Positions 14,313 through 26,087 of a DNA stretch of 64,000 nucleotides are shown here, in pieces. How positions within the stretch are numbered: the first letter of the stretch is position 1; the number at the start of each line of letters is the position of its first letter. A program made the position numbers and the translations under genes. This stretch comes from Eledone cirrhosa. Its lineage: Eukaryota. The stretch is taken from positions 328,724,001 to 328,788,000 of the forward strand of contig OZ024743.1 in assembly GCA_964016885.1 (NCBI GenBank), written 5' to 3'. The notes below the pieces were generated by a model. It saw nothing but the letters and a program-made list of their open reading frames with translations, searched no databases and had not been told where the DNA came from.

Positions 14313-15093
14313 TATGTGTAGCAGTAATTTGATACTCTCTTCAATAGGGTTTCATTGGCTCTATCAAGCGGCCACCAAAAACTTGACCTTGTGTGGCCTC
14401 ATAGATAAGTTTCTATAGTAATTGGTTTTTAGACGTCATTGTGTTTACAATTTTGACATAAAAATCGGCATCTGTCTATTTTCAAGTTATAAAGTAGAAT
14501 GAGCGATTCTGATAAATAGCAACTATCGGACTCAACACAGGGTAGTTGCGGAAATTATTTTAACCAGTTAAGCTGTAGCCACTATATCACAGACCCCTAT
14601 GGGTCCCCCTCTCTCTCTCTTGGTATCTCTCACTGTCAGACAAGCGACCATCATCTCATTACAAAAACGGCAAATACCATATTTTAAATCATTGCCCACA
14701 CGTATATATCACAACTTAAGCCTTGATTTCATTACATTGTCCACGATAGCTTTGTAGCAGGCAATTAACTTAATAAATATATTTTAGTAGCAATCATGTT
14801 TGTTTGTTTTTCACACAGTGTTTATATATGAGACAATTTTTACCTTATACATAACCACCCAGTAAACCAACTTTTCTACTACAATCTCTGCCATAAACAA
14901 CAAACACAAGACAATTCCTTCCATCGTTACATTCACTCAATAACATTTAACTACGATACTATCAACAACTATGTCACATTTCTCATTGTTACATTGGTGA
15001 CCTTGACCTTACCAACAACTTTCCAATGTAGTTTCTGATAATGTACGAAACAAGGCAACGATATTTTAAACACTAGACCCAATTCACACCAGC

Positions 15094-15817
15094 AACAGCA
15101 TAGAATCACCTCTCGCTTCAACTATAATTTCCTCTCGCTATATATGTACATATATGACATACAGGATTAAACTTTCGAGAAATAACTATTTAGTGTTAAA
15201 ACCCATGACCTTGTGATTGGAAAGCGAACTTCTTATCAGAACAACATGACTGTGATAGGAAATGTATAGAGTGTATGTGTTTGTATATGTAAATTTTAAA
15301 GAGCTAAACACACACATACACACACATATATATATGTGTAAAAGGCAAACAGAAATAACAAAGCAAACATAGTACAATGAAGAAATATATTAGTTTTACG
15401 CTTGATATAGTAGGGATTTAGTAATTTTTTAGGTTGTCTCCGATTTAAAAAACAAACAAACCAGAATTAATTGTTTAGTTTACAACACATCGAACCCATC
15501 CTATTTATTTTATGTGATATCTAGTAATGTACTATTTTGTCATATATAATGTTTTTTAATGTATAAAGAACATTAATTGTCGCAGGAATGCTACCACTTA
15601 AAATAAAATTTTACCGGAGATAAGTTAGCAGAATTTAATAAGTAAGGGAGGGTGGCGATTATTCAAGACCCCAGAGTACTTAACATATCACCCCCCCCCC
15701 CCCCCCCACTTCATCCCCCCGAGGGGTGAACAGCAAAGTTGATCTCAGTGGTGTTTGAACTCAGAACACAGACAATACGGAGAAAAAATACCGTAAAATA
15801 TTTTGTCTGACACTCTA
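15094..15817 (+). repeat. Copy 2 (probable donor) of the 0.72-kb duplication
   Basis: Matches 11958-12679 apart from a few indels (e.g. poly-C length); no flanking direct repeat. Confidence 0.92.
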
Positions 15818-16883
15818 ACATCTCTGCAACCAACAATCAGTTATTTTTATAGCTTTCGTTTAATTGTAACAACATGATTTATAGAGAGAGGGAGAGGGTG
15901 AGGTGATAAAAGTGAGGAGAAAGAGAGAGAAAGGCGGAGGTGAAGGAGAGGGTAACAGATGGCGAGGGAGAAAGGGAAAAAATAAGAGAGAAAGAAAGAG
16001 AGGAGAAAGAGAGAAAGAAAGAGAGGAGAAAGAGAGAAAGAAAGAAGAGAAACAGAGAAATTTCATTTTCTGAGAACAGATACGATGGTGTTGTTCAAAT
16101 ATAGTGTGTGTGTGGTGCATATGATGCATATGTGTGTCAGTGTGTATGGTGAATGTATGTGTTGTACGTATGTGTGTGTGCATGTATGTACGTATGTAAC
16201 ATCTGTCTGTCTGCCTGTATATGTATGTGACGTCTGTTTGTATGTATGAAAGTATATATATGTATGTAAGTACATACGTTCATTCGTACGTACGTATGTA
16301 CGTACTTACGTATGTCTTACATGATTTTAACTAGCTGCAGTCAGTTACGCTGGGGTGTATAAACACATTATATACAATAGAGAGGAATGTATATATAAAC
16401 AATAGAGGAACAGGGTGTATATAGAAAGACATACAGACGACATATTTTTCTGCTTAAGCTAGCTTCCTGGGCAGACGTGTGTGTGTTTATGTACGTGTGT
16501 GTATTTGTGTATGTGCGTGTGTGTGTGTGTGTGCATGCGCGTATTGTGTGTGTGTGTATTTGTGTATGTGTACGTATGTGTGTGTGTGTGCGAGTGTTTG
16601 TATGTGAGTGTATATATGTGTTAAATTGAACGTTATATTTTAGAAAGGATGTTAAACATAGACTCACTGACGAACACACACACATACACACCATGTATCA
16701 AACACACACACATACATAAGAAGATACATACACACTCACAGAGGGACACTAACGAGATGCGTCCCCCCCATAGGAGATGTGTGGTCCCCATAGGAGATGA
16801 GGGGCTCCCTTTTCGAGGTGTACCCCCTTCAGGAGGTGTGTGGGTCTCCTTTGGTTTGTGTGGTCCACTATGGGTTACAAATA

Positions 16884-17106
16884 TAATTGGTTCCAATTTT
16901 GACACAAGGCCAACAATTTTGAAGGGAGAGGAAAGTTGATTAAATCGACACCAGTGCATTACTGCTACTCTATTTTATCAACCACGTAAGGATGAAATGC
17001 AAAGCTAATCTCGGCGGGAATTGAACTCAGGGCACAAAGGGTCGTAACTCTATGCTGTAAAGGATGTTGTTCGACGCTCTACCAATCCTGCCAATCCACC
17101 GCCTTA
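16884..17106 (-). mobile_element. Full-length SINE family A
   Basis: Head (rc aaggcggtggattggcagg), B box, core and tail all present. Confidence 0.85.
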
Positions 17107-17371
17107 TATGTGTTATATAAATAATGCAACGTGTTGTGTACTTGACGAAGCGAGTAAAGATTAATGTATATCGGGTGGTCCCCTTATCAGAGGACCCTGG
17201 CTCAGGTTGCGCCCTGGCTATAGTTCATTGGGTCCCAACGTGGGATTCACGGACACATTGGTAGGTTCCCCAAAGTAGTATTGGTGTGTGTGTATAGGGG
17301 GGAGCAGGGGTTGTGAGTTATGTCTAAAATATTAAGTACTTTATTTTAGAAATGTCATGTATGCATACACG

Positions 17372-17785
17372 GTAACTCCTGATAGGGTCGTAGGGTCCCG
17401 TAACCCCTGATAGGGTCGTAGGGTCCTGTAACTACTGATAGGGTCGTAGGGTCCTGTAACTCCTGATAGGGTCGTAGGGCCCCGTAACTCCTGATAGGGT
17501 AGTAGGGTCCTGTAACTACTGATAGAGTCGTAGGGTCCCGTAACACCTGATAGGGTCGTAGGGTCCCGTAACACCTGATTGGGTCGTAGGGTCCCGTAAC
17601 ACCTGATTGGGTCGTAGCGCCTCGTAACTACTGATTGGGTCGTAGGGTCCCGTAACACATGATAGGGTCGTAGGGTTCCGTAACACCTGATAGGGTCGTA
17701 GGGTCCCGTAACACCTGATAGGGTCGTAGGGTCCCGTAACACCTGATAGGGTCGTAGGGTTCCCGTAACTACTGATAGGGTCGGA
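17372..17785. repeat. 28-bp minisatellite (gtaacwcctgatagggtcgtagggtccc), about 15 copies, inside a dispersed element (about 17340-17885)
   Basis: Flanks plus one monomer match 32110-32280 in reverse orientation. Confidence 0.9.
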
Positions 17786-18374
17786 GGAGCACCGTAGTAA
17801 TATACGGCGTTTCTTGGGTATTTTAAAACTGGTGGAGCCCATCTCTCTGTAGGTCTGAATACAGCAGATTTCGTCCAGAGAAAGATAGAAAGTGATAGCG
17901 AGGAAATGAGAAAGGTATAGAGGCAGAATCGACCACAGTACAAGACTGGTACTTTTTATCGACCTCGAAAGGATGAAAGGCAAAGTTGACCTGAAAGAGC
18001 AGAGAGCCGGAACAAATAGCATAAAGCATTCTATTCTTCATTCTAATGACTCCATTCACCGCCTTAGAAACCTGATATACACCCACAACTGAACGTGGTC
18101 AGGAAGTGTGTGAGAGAGAGAGAGAAAGGGGGAGGAAGAGAGCCACAGAGAGCGAAGAAGTTAACGATAGGAAAGGACTAAAGGGGGAGAGAGTTATCGC
18201 TGGCGATACACACAGACACACACACACATACACACACATACATACACACACACACACACATATATATATATAATTAGATGGATAGATAGATAAAAGTGAT
18301 GTGGGTAATGAAAGAGCCACAGAGAGCGAACAAGTTAGCGCTAGAAAGGGAGTCAGGGAGAAGAGAGTTACCGC

Positions 18375-18424
<50 letters not shown>

Positions 18425-18779
18425 CGGGAGTAGATAGAATCAGGGATAGATGAGAGAGAGAGAGTGGTATAGCTAGAGATAGATAGATAACGCTGGAGTT
18501 ATTTATCTAACTTGTTAGCTAGCTAGATAGATAAAGAGATAGATGTATAGATAGATAGATAGATAGATAGATAGAGAGAGAGAGGGAAAGAGAGAGAGAC
18601 AGAGAGAAAGGGAAAGAGAGAGAGACAGAGAGAAAGGGAAAGAGAGAGAGACAGAGAGAAAGGGAAAGAGAGAGAGACAGAGAGAAAGGGGGAGAGAGAG
18701 AAATAGGGGAGGGGTGGAGGTGGTCGAGACACAACAAAACTTCCTACTTCAATATTAATTACTGACCTTATTGTTCTAC

Positions 18780-19102
18780 TTACTGCTGCTGTTACTACTG
18801 CTGCTGTTACTACTGCTGTTGCTACTACTGCTGCTGTTGTTACTACTACTGCTGCTACTACTACTGCTGTTGTTACTACTGCTGCTGTTACTGCTGCTGT
18901 TGCTACTACTGCTGTTGCTACTGCTGTTGCTACTACTGCTGTTGCTACTACTGCTGTTGCTACTACTGCCGTTGCTGCTACTGCTGCTGCTACTACTACT
19001 GCTGCTGCTGCTACTGCTGCTGCTACTACTACTGTTGTTGCTACTACTGCTGCTGCTACTACTGCTGTTGCTACTACTGCTGCTGCTAGTACCACTACTA
19101 CC

Positions 19103-19164
<62 letters not shown>

Positions 19165-19189
19165 CACCACCACCACCACCACCACCACC

Positions 19190-19221
<32 letters not shown>

Positions 19222-19225
19222 ACCA
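18780..19225. repeat. (CTG/CTA/TTG)n then (CAC/TAC)n trinucleotide tract
   Basis: Direct reading. Confidence 0.9.
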
Positions 19226-19579
19226 GCTGTCATCAACAAACCGTAACTAACACCATTCGAGCATATCGTTATTTAAAAACTTCATATTTTTAATAAGCAC
19301 AAACACACACACATATATATATGCATACATACATACATACATGTATGTATAGAACCACTGATGCTGACATACATATATATATATGTATACATACACACAT
19401 ACATATATATACACACACACACACACACTTACGTCCTTTATATTATTGTTCTGCATTCTCCTGCATTGAACCACCTAGGTACTATGACATAACCTGTGTA
19501 TTTGCTAGCATGGGCGTGCATCTGTGCGCTTATGTTAGTTGATATATTAAATTATCTATATATATATATATATATGTAT

Positions 19580-19741
19580 ATAGGAAAATGTATGACCCCG
19601 ACGGCAGAGCTCAAGCCGTTTCGACGGCTTGAGCTCTGCCGTCGGGGTCATACATTTTCTTATTACCCACTCTACTACCCTAAGTATTGAGTACTCTGGT
19701 GCGTTATGGTCCATCTGGTTCCTTACCACAATTCCTTCAGT
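19580..19741 (+). mobile_element. TA-anchored fold-back element, family P1 (probable Penelope pLTR derivative)
   Basis: Perfect 36-bp hairpin arms around ttcg, then a conserved 80-bp tail; 8 family members in this window. Confidence 0.75.
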
Positions 19742-19761
19742 ATGTATGTGTATATATATAT

Positions 19762-19794
<33 letters not shown>

Positions 19795-19802
19795 TATGCA
19801 TT

Positions 19803-20795
19803 ATCGACCAACAGAAAATCTCTTTAACATTTCAACGATTCCTTGCTGTATTAAAAACATATATTGCACTGATACGTGATCTTCTTCAGGCAGACAACTG
19901 TGATCTTGTCATCTACACGAAAGAAGACCTTTAGCTTCTGATGGATTGCCTCTTGGCAGCGTGTGATGAGTTAGGGCTGACAAACAGCCTGAAAAATACA
20001 GTGGCGATGTCATCCATATCTGTCAAGGGCAACATATTGAAGGTTGGAGATAAGTTCGTCTCCCTGGGTAGTGCTCTCTTCAGAACCAGTAACCTTGATG
20101 AAGAAGTAAGTCATTGGCCATTTAAAGCTTTCAATGCTTTTGGTTAGCTGAAGGCGCATGGCTTAGTGGTTAGAGCATTGGGCTTGCAATCGAAAGGTTG
20201 CGAGTTCAATTCTCGGACCGGGTGATGTGTTGTTTCCTTGAGCAAGACACTTTATTTCACGTTGCTCCAGTTTACTCAGCTGTAGAAATGAGATGATAGG
20301 ACTGGGGTCCCTATCATTAAGTCACCCAAGACACCTCTAACGGGATATACCTTGGAGGAGGTCAGCTAAACCTGCATAGGTGTGAGCTGTCACACACACA
20401 CACACACACACACACACATCTGTGGTCACAGTCAGATATGAGTGTGTACGAAAGTTGAAGTGTATTAAGCATGTATAGATGTGAGACATGGACAACATAC
20501 TGTGGACATATCCAGCACCTCGAATGTTTCCACCAAAAATGCTCCACCCTCAAGATCTCATACACCAGACACTGATGTACTACAGTGGGCCTGACCGCCA
20601 AGCATCGAGACTATGATAATGAAATAGTGTCTACGGTGGTCAAGTAATACATGAGGAAGCCTAGAGGACTGCAGGCTCCCTAAACAAGTATTTTATGGAG
20701 AACAATTGCAAGCAAACGCTTGCAGTGCAAGCCACACAAGTGCTTTTAAGTCTGCTTGAAAGATACCCCATCAACACGGGAACATGGGAAAATCT
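19803..20795 (+). mobile_element. RTE (BovB-like) LINE RT/C-terminal remnant interrupted by a SINE
   Basis: IRDLLQADNCDLV...EDL*LLMDCLLAACDELGLTNSLKNT...DKFVSLGS...KAFNAFG, then YRCETWTTY..HIQHLECFHQKC and DCRLPKQVFYGE; stops and frameshifts. Confidence 0.85.
20149..20295 (+). mobile_element. tRNA-SINE family B (CORE-like) inserted in the RTE
   Basis: A box tggcttagtgg, B box gagttcaattc, ccttgagcaagacacttt core. Confidence 0.85.
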
Positions 20796-20913
20796 AGTAT
20801 ATATATAAACACACACACACACACACATATATATATATTATATATATATATATATATATAAAATAATAAAGTCAAATATTTAAAATTTGGCTTCGTTTAT
20901 TAAAGATGTACTG

Positions 20914-20977
<64 letters not shown>

Positions 20978-21364
20978 TGGAACCCACTTCTCAGAACAAA
21001 GATAAGAGAAGCAGACATTGACAAAAACATGTTATTATTGTTGCTATTGTTGATGTCGCCTTAGATTGCTTATTAAGTCAGAAAGTGACTTATGTGTCAT
21101 ACTACACAGTGTTCAGGTAATTTTCCCGGATGTTTCAGTTTGATTGGTGTGGCATGCTTTGTGGTGCCGTGTTAGCCAATCTTCAGAGTGACACACTTTG
21201 GTAAAGATGCCACATGTACAATCAAGGTGTATGATGTACTCAAAGGTATTTTTTCCATGACTATGACGTACATTGAACGTCAATACTCATCTTTTTCCAT
21301 TTCTTAGAGAGTTCTAAACCCCACTATCAGGCTAAAATGTCTTTAGTCAAAAAAATACGGCGAA

Positions 21365-21412
<48 letters not shown>

Positions 21413-21631
21413 AAATAGTGATAGAGTGAAGAATAACATGGTCGGCTGTACAAAAAGGGTTTTATTTACAGTATTAACAACTGTTTCATTGATCAGGTGA
21501 GTCTAAAGGCCGCTAATCACTCGAAATTGCGTCACTCGACCTTAAATACAGTTAAATACGTTAAAACTATCCATAGTACAGAGTACTCCCAACCTCTAAC
21601 TGGATTACCTAAAACGATAACTTGTTACCCC

Positions 21632-21663
<32 letters not shown>

Positions 21664-22511
21664 ATTAAATGATTTATATATGTTCATACACGGAACAAAA
21701 AGGCAACTCAAGAATACAAGAGGCATCAAATTTGTGACCCCTCTTCAGGCGCTTATACGAAAAAGTTCACAAATTTGATGTGTCTTGTATTCCGGAGGTA
21801 TATCCAATATTGGGCCTTGAAACCTTGGGTAGTGTTTTTGTTCTGTGTATCATAAAGAAATATTTCTGCTCTCTTCCAGATAAAATAGTTTTACTTTTTA
21901 CTTTTCACATATACAATTATACTTAGATTCTCTCTTTCACTTTCACACACACACAAGTGCACCCCCCTCCTACACACACATTGCTATATTACTCTACTTC
22001 CGCCAGTGATGCTTCCTTTGAGACACAATAGGTAGTACATCCTGCTCCCACACCGAAATCCTTTTATTCCTGTTTTATATTTTATGTTTTAAATTTGACA
22101 AATGGTTCAGTGAGAAGAGTTAATGTAACAATTGTGAAACCTGTCCCTACGTGACTGATGGCAGGAAGCCAACCTAGTTCTCTTCCTAGTGGAGACAAGA
22201 ACCTAATGCTTGGTAACCGAATACATGGATTTTCCCGACCCCTTTCATTGCCGTCGAGAACTCTGGTGCTCCCCACCGTCCCTAGACTGACAAAGAGGAG
22301 CAGACGACCTCTGGTGTTCCCCTCGGTCTCCGGACAGCTATACAGAGGAGCGGAAGACCTCCGATGACCTCGATGTCCGGACTGCCGCTTCCCACCGCAA
22401 AATCTGGAGGTGCATCTCACACGAGGAAAGAGCCTCGATGTATGAAATGTTTGATGCAGAAGGTGTGTTGAGTGAAGAGTTACACACACACACCCATATA
22501 TATATATATAT

Positions 22512-22652
22512 ATGAATAAATTTAGTCCTTCATCAGTGATCTTCCAGTCTTCATTGGTATTTCATCGCTTTAAAGACCATATACCTCTGGTTGGTGCGAG
22601 GAACGGATAAAGAAAGTCGTTGGGACACGTAAGTAGGGGGAACGAGCGAGAC

Positions 22653-22653
<1 letters not shown>
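22512..22653 (-). mobile_element. TA-anchored element family P2 fragment
   Basis: Matches the arms of 46903-47365; minus strand carries CTGATGA-aggac. Confidence 0.7.
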
Positions 22654-22699
<46 letters not shown>

Positions 22700-22717
22700 A
22701 CAGGATTGACTGGTAGC

Positions 22718-23507
22718 TGGAATTTGCGGACAGCATGGTATTTCTTAACTTGTCAGAAGGTAATCTCCGACATTCGCCTGAGAGTTTTGCTACCGAGTGC
22801 TACATGGCTGGAATGAAAATCAGTGCGAAGAGCGAGACACTCGTCCTCTCAAGGAATCCTGCTCAGTGCATCCTACATATAAATGGAGTTCCACTGAAGC
22901 AAGTAGAGATGTTGGGGCCATATTTACGAGTGATGGAAGGCAAGAGGCTGAATTAAGTGCAAGAATTGCAGTAGTTGGTGCAGTAATGCGCCAGCTTCCG
23001 TATTAGGCCATCAGAAGAGCGGCAGGTGTACAAGCCAAACTCGCTATCTTCAATTTGATATTCGTGTCAACCCTTACCTATGGTCATGAATTCTGAGTAA
23101 TGACCGAAAGAATACGGTCGTGAATACAAGCGGCAGAAATGGGGTTCTTCCGAAGGGTCTTTAGAGTATCGTTACTAGACTGAGTGTGTCGATCGTAGAT
23201 CAAGGAGTCGCTACTTCGTCGAATTGAGAGATAACAGTTACGGTACTACGAACATGTGGTTAGAATGTTCCGGAAAAAAATCGCTGGACAGATTTTATGA
23301 GTAAAACTAACTAGTAGAAGACACGTGGCTAGACCCCGGAACAAAATAGTTGGATAACATCCATGAGCTCGGCTGGTCTCATTTGGGGATCCAGCTGAAT
23401 CAATTGTAGATGGCTGCTTCTGACAGGACCCACTGAATGGCATGCTTGAGGACTCTGTCCCCCTCCCCACGACCCTCACAAGTCGAAAAAAGAAGAAAAA
23501 GAGGGAA

Positions 23508-23510
<3 letters not shown>
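22718..23510 (+). mobile_element. RTE LINE (Expander/Rex3-like) RT C-terminal half and 3' end, decayed
   Basis: FADSMV...FATECYMAGMKISAKSETLVLSR...LKQVE / GAIFTSDGRQEAE / TLTYGHEF*VMTERIRS*IQAAEMGFFRR; GAA-rich tail. Confidence 0.88.
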
Positions 23511-23543
<33 letters not shown>

Positions 23544-23555
23544 ATGATGATGATG

Positions 23556-23589
<34 letters not shown>

Positions 23590-23789
23590 GTAGATAAATC
23601 TACCAAGAGTTTACGGTAGTGTCCAATCCGTATGAAGAACTCAATGTAATCCGGATATCATGGAAAGAAGAGATGCAATGAAAAATCACTTTCGGTGAAA
23701 GATAAACGGAATACAGAGTCAAGATAAAATATTAAAAAAATAATGAATAAAACAATGAAACACTTCCTTATATTAAACAAAAAAAGTTC

Positions 23790-23935
23790 ATTATTTAACG
23801 ATCGTTTCTAGGATATATATGTGTTAGAATTGGCATGCATATTCAACAGATCTATGTACAAAATTATACAAAATTATACAAACAATCAAAATTAAATATA
23901 CATACCAACACATATATATGCCGTCTTCAGAAATA

Positions 23936-23937
<2 letters not shown>
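23790..23937 (-). ncRNA. Putative type I hammerhead ribozyme with a greatly extended stem II
   Basis: Minus strand: attattt-CTGAAGA-cggcatatatatgtgttgg...ctaacacatatatatccta-GAAA-cgatcg-TT-aaataat; 7-bp perfect stem I, palindromic stem III. Confidence 0.7.
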
Positions 23938-23995
<58 letters not shown>

Positions 23996-24059
23996 AACAC
24001 AGATGGCGTATTATAATTGTTATTAAAACATTTCTAGGTCAGTATGGATCGATATTAGG

Positions 24060-24400
24060 CTCTTAGCATCGATCTATGTGTGGAATGAACCTCCGTCAAT
24101 TTCGACGATGAGCATTCAAGTTGTTCGATCAACGGATCAGCTTCTTTATGAAATCAATGTATACCCATGACCTAGTTCTCAGGGAGATTCAGCGTGACAC
24201 GGTGTGTGACAGGACTGGACCCTTTGGATTGCAGGCACAGTCAATCTGGCGGGCTTCAAAACAATTATCATCTACCCAATTTCATTTACAAGGCATTGAT
24301 CAACCGGGAGCTATATTAAATGGTATCTGCTGAAGATCCCACGATAGAGGTTCGAACCCGGGACCTAATGATCGCGAAGTGAACTCCTTAACATCTATGC
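24060..24400 (-). mobile_element. Diverged tRNA-SINE (family B-related)
   Basis: ggttcgaacccggg B box; body similar to 52188-52510. Confidence 0.6.
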
Positions 24401-24699
24401 TGCATTACTCATCTATCCGTAAGCCTATATCAATGTACGTATAATGTTACTGCAAGCAGGTTCTGGGGGCACCAAATGTTCTCCAACACAGTACCTCAAT
24501 TTCATTCATTCTGCCCTTGAGTTTATAACCCAATAACAATCATGAAGGCTTCCATACAGTTACCGTCTACCAAATGTCTCTCAATGCTTTAGTCGGAGAC
24601 ACAAAGCTTATGATAGTAAATACTTGTCCAAAGTGCTGCACAATGAGACCGAACAGTAAACCACGTGTCTATAAGCAAGAGTTACCACGACCATCTCCT

Positions 24700-25135
24700 C
24701 CATTTGGTGGTATTAGAGGTGTGGTGGGCATGGTATTGGTGGTGGTAGTGGGAGTGTTGTTGGTGGTGTGGTGATATTCATGGTTGTGGTGGTGTTGGTG
24801 GTAATAGTGATGGTGTTGTTGGTGGTGATGGTGTTGGTGGTGGTGATGTTGGTGGTGGTGGTGGTGATGTTGGTGACTGTTGTTGTTGGTAGTGTTGGTG
24901 GTGGTAATGGTGATGGTGGTGATGTTGGTGGTGGTGGTGATGTTGGTGACTGTTGTTGGTGGTAGTGTTGGTGGTGGTAATGGTGATGTTGGTGACTGTT
25001 GTTGATGGTAATGGTGATGGTGTTGTTGGTGGTGATGTTGGTGACTGTTGTTGGTGGTGATAGTGATGTTGGTGGTGTTCATGGTAATGGTGATGTTGTT
25101 GGTGATGTTGTTGTTAGTGGTATTATTATTGTTGT
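24700..25135. repeat. (GGT/GTT/GAT)n low-complexity tract
   Basis: Direct reading. Confidence 0.85.
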
Positions 25136-25247
25136 TACATGAACCAGGATATTGATTTAGTTGCAACAATAAGAAGACATGTTTAAACTGTTTAGTAGAA
25201 TATACATAATATAATGTAACGGACTGACATGATTATATAGTTACAGT

Positions 25248-26085
25248 ATTGGATTGGCAGTATCGGTAGAGTGTCGGACAACATGCTTTGCGGCACAGAG
25301 TTACGTCCCTTTACGTTCTAAGTTCAAATTCCACCGAGATCGACTTTGTCTTTCATCTTTACGGGGTCGATAAAATAAAGCGCCAGTAATGCACTGGGGT
25401 CGATTTAATTGACTTTCCCCTGCCCCCAAATTGCTGGCCTTGTGCCTAAATCAGAAATCATTAAGGTGGTGCATTGGCCGTATCGGTAGAGCACTAGACA
25501 CCATGTGTTGTAGTATAGCGTTACGGCCCTTTAGGTTCTGAGTACAAATCCCGCCGAGGTTAGCTTTGCCTTTCATCCTTACGGTGTCGATAAAATAAAA
25601 TACCAGTAACGCACTAAGTTAGAGATTTAATCGATTTTCCCCTCCCCTAAAATTGCTGACCTTGTGCCTAAATCAGAAATCATTATTAGGATTGGCTGTA
25701 CTGTTAGGGTGTCGGCACCCTGCTTCAGAGTCGTTAGAGTGTCGGACAAATGTTTAACGGTATCTGTTTCGAGTCTTTAACGTCTGAGGTCAAATCCCGC
25801 TGGGTTTAATTTTGCCATTCATGATTTCATGGTCGATAAAATAAAGTACCAGTTAAATACTGGAGTCGATTTAATCGACTTTCCCCTCTCCACAAATTGC
25901 TGGCCTTGTGTCTGAATTGGCAGATGCAACACTTAGTTACGGCTATCTACCGTCCTGGTCAAATTGACCTTTCATCCGCCCCGGGGGTCGATAAAATAAA
26001 GTATCAATTCAGTACTGGGGTCGATGTAATCGACTTTCCTCTTCTCTCAAAATTGCTGGCTTTGTGCCAATTTTTGGAATAATTA
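25248..26085 (+). mobile_element. Four head-to-tail family A SINEs
   Basis: Core gtcgataaaataaa...ccag at about 25366, 25586, 25832 and 25987, each followed by an aattgctg.c.ttgtg tail. Confidence 0.85.
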
Positions 26086-26087
26086 TT

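Noticed and set aside
11958-15817. LTR retrotransposon with 0.72-kb LTRs
   Set aside because: No TG...CA ends, PBS, PPT or gag/pol; the direct repeat flanks only the first copy.
16330-17340. Helitron-like element starting at actag
   Set aside because: Only a CTAGT-like end is visible; no convincing subterminal hairpin or second copy.
17341-18022. 168-200 aa ORFs with GPYDP repeats
   Set aside because: Translations of the 28-bp minisatellite.
20149-20222. tRNA gene
   Set aside because: A and B boxes are present but run into a SINE core; no proper acceptor stem. The same applies at 52188.
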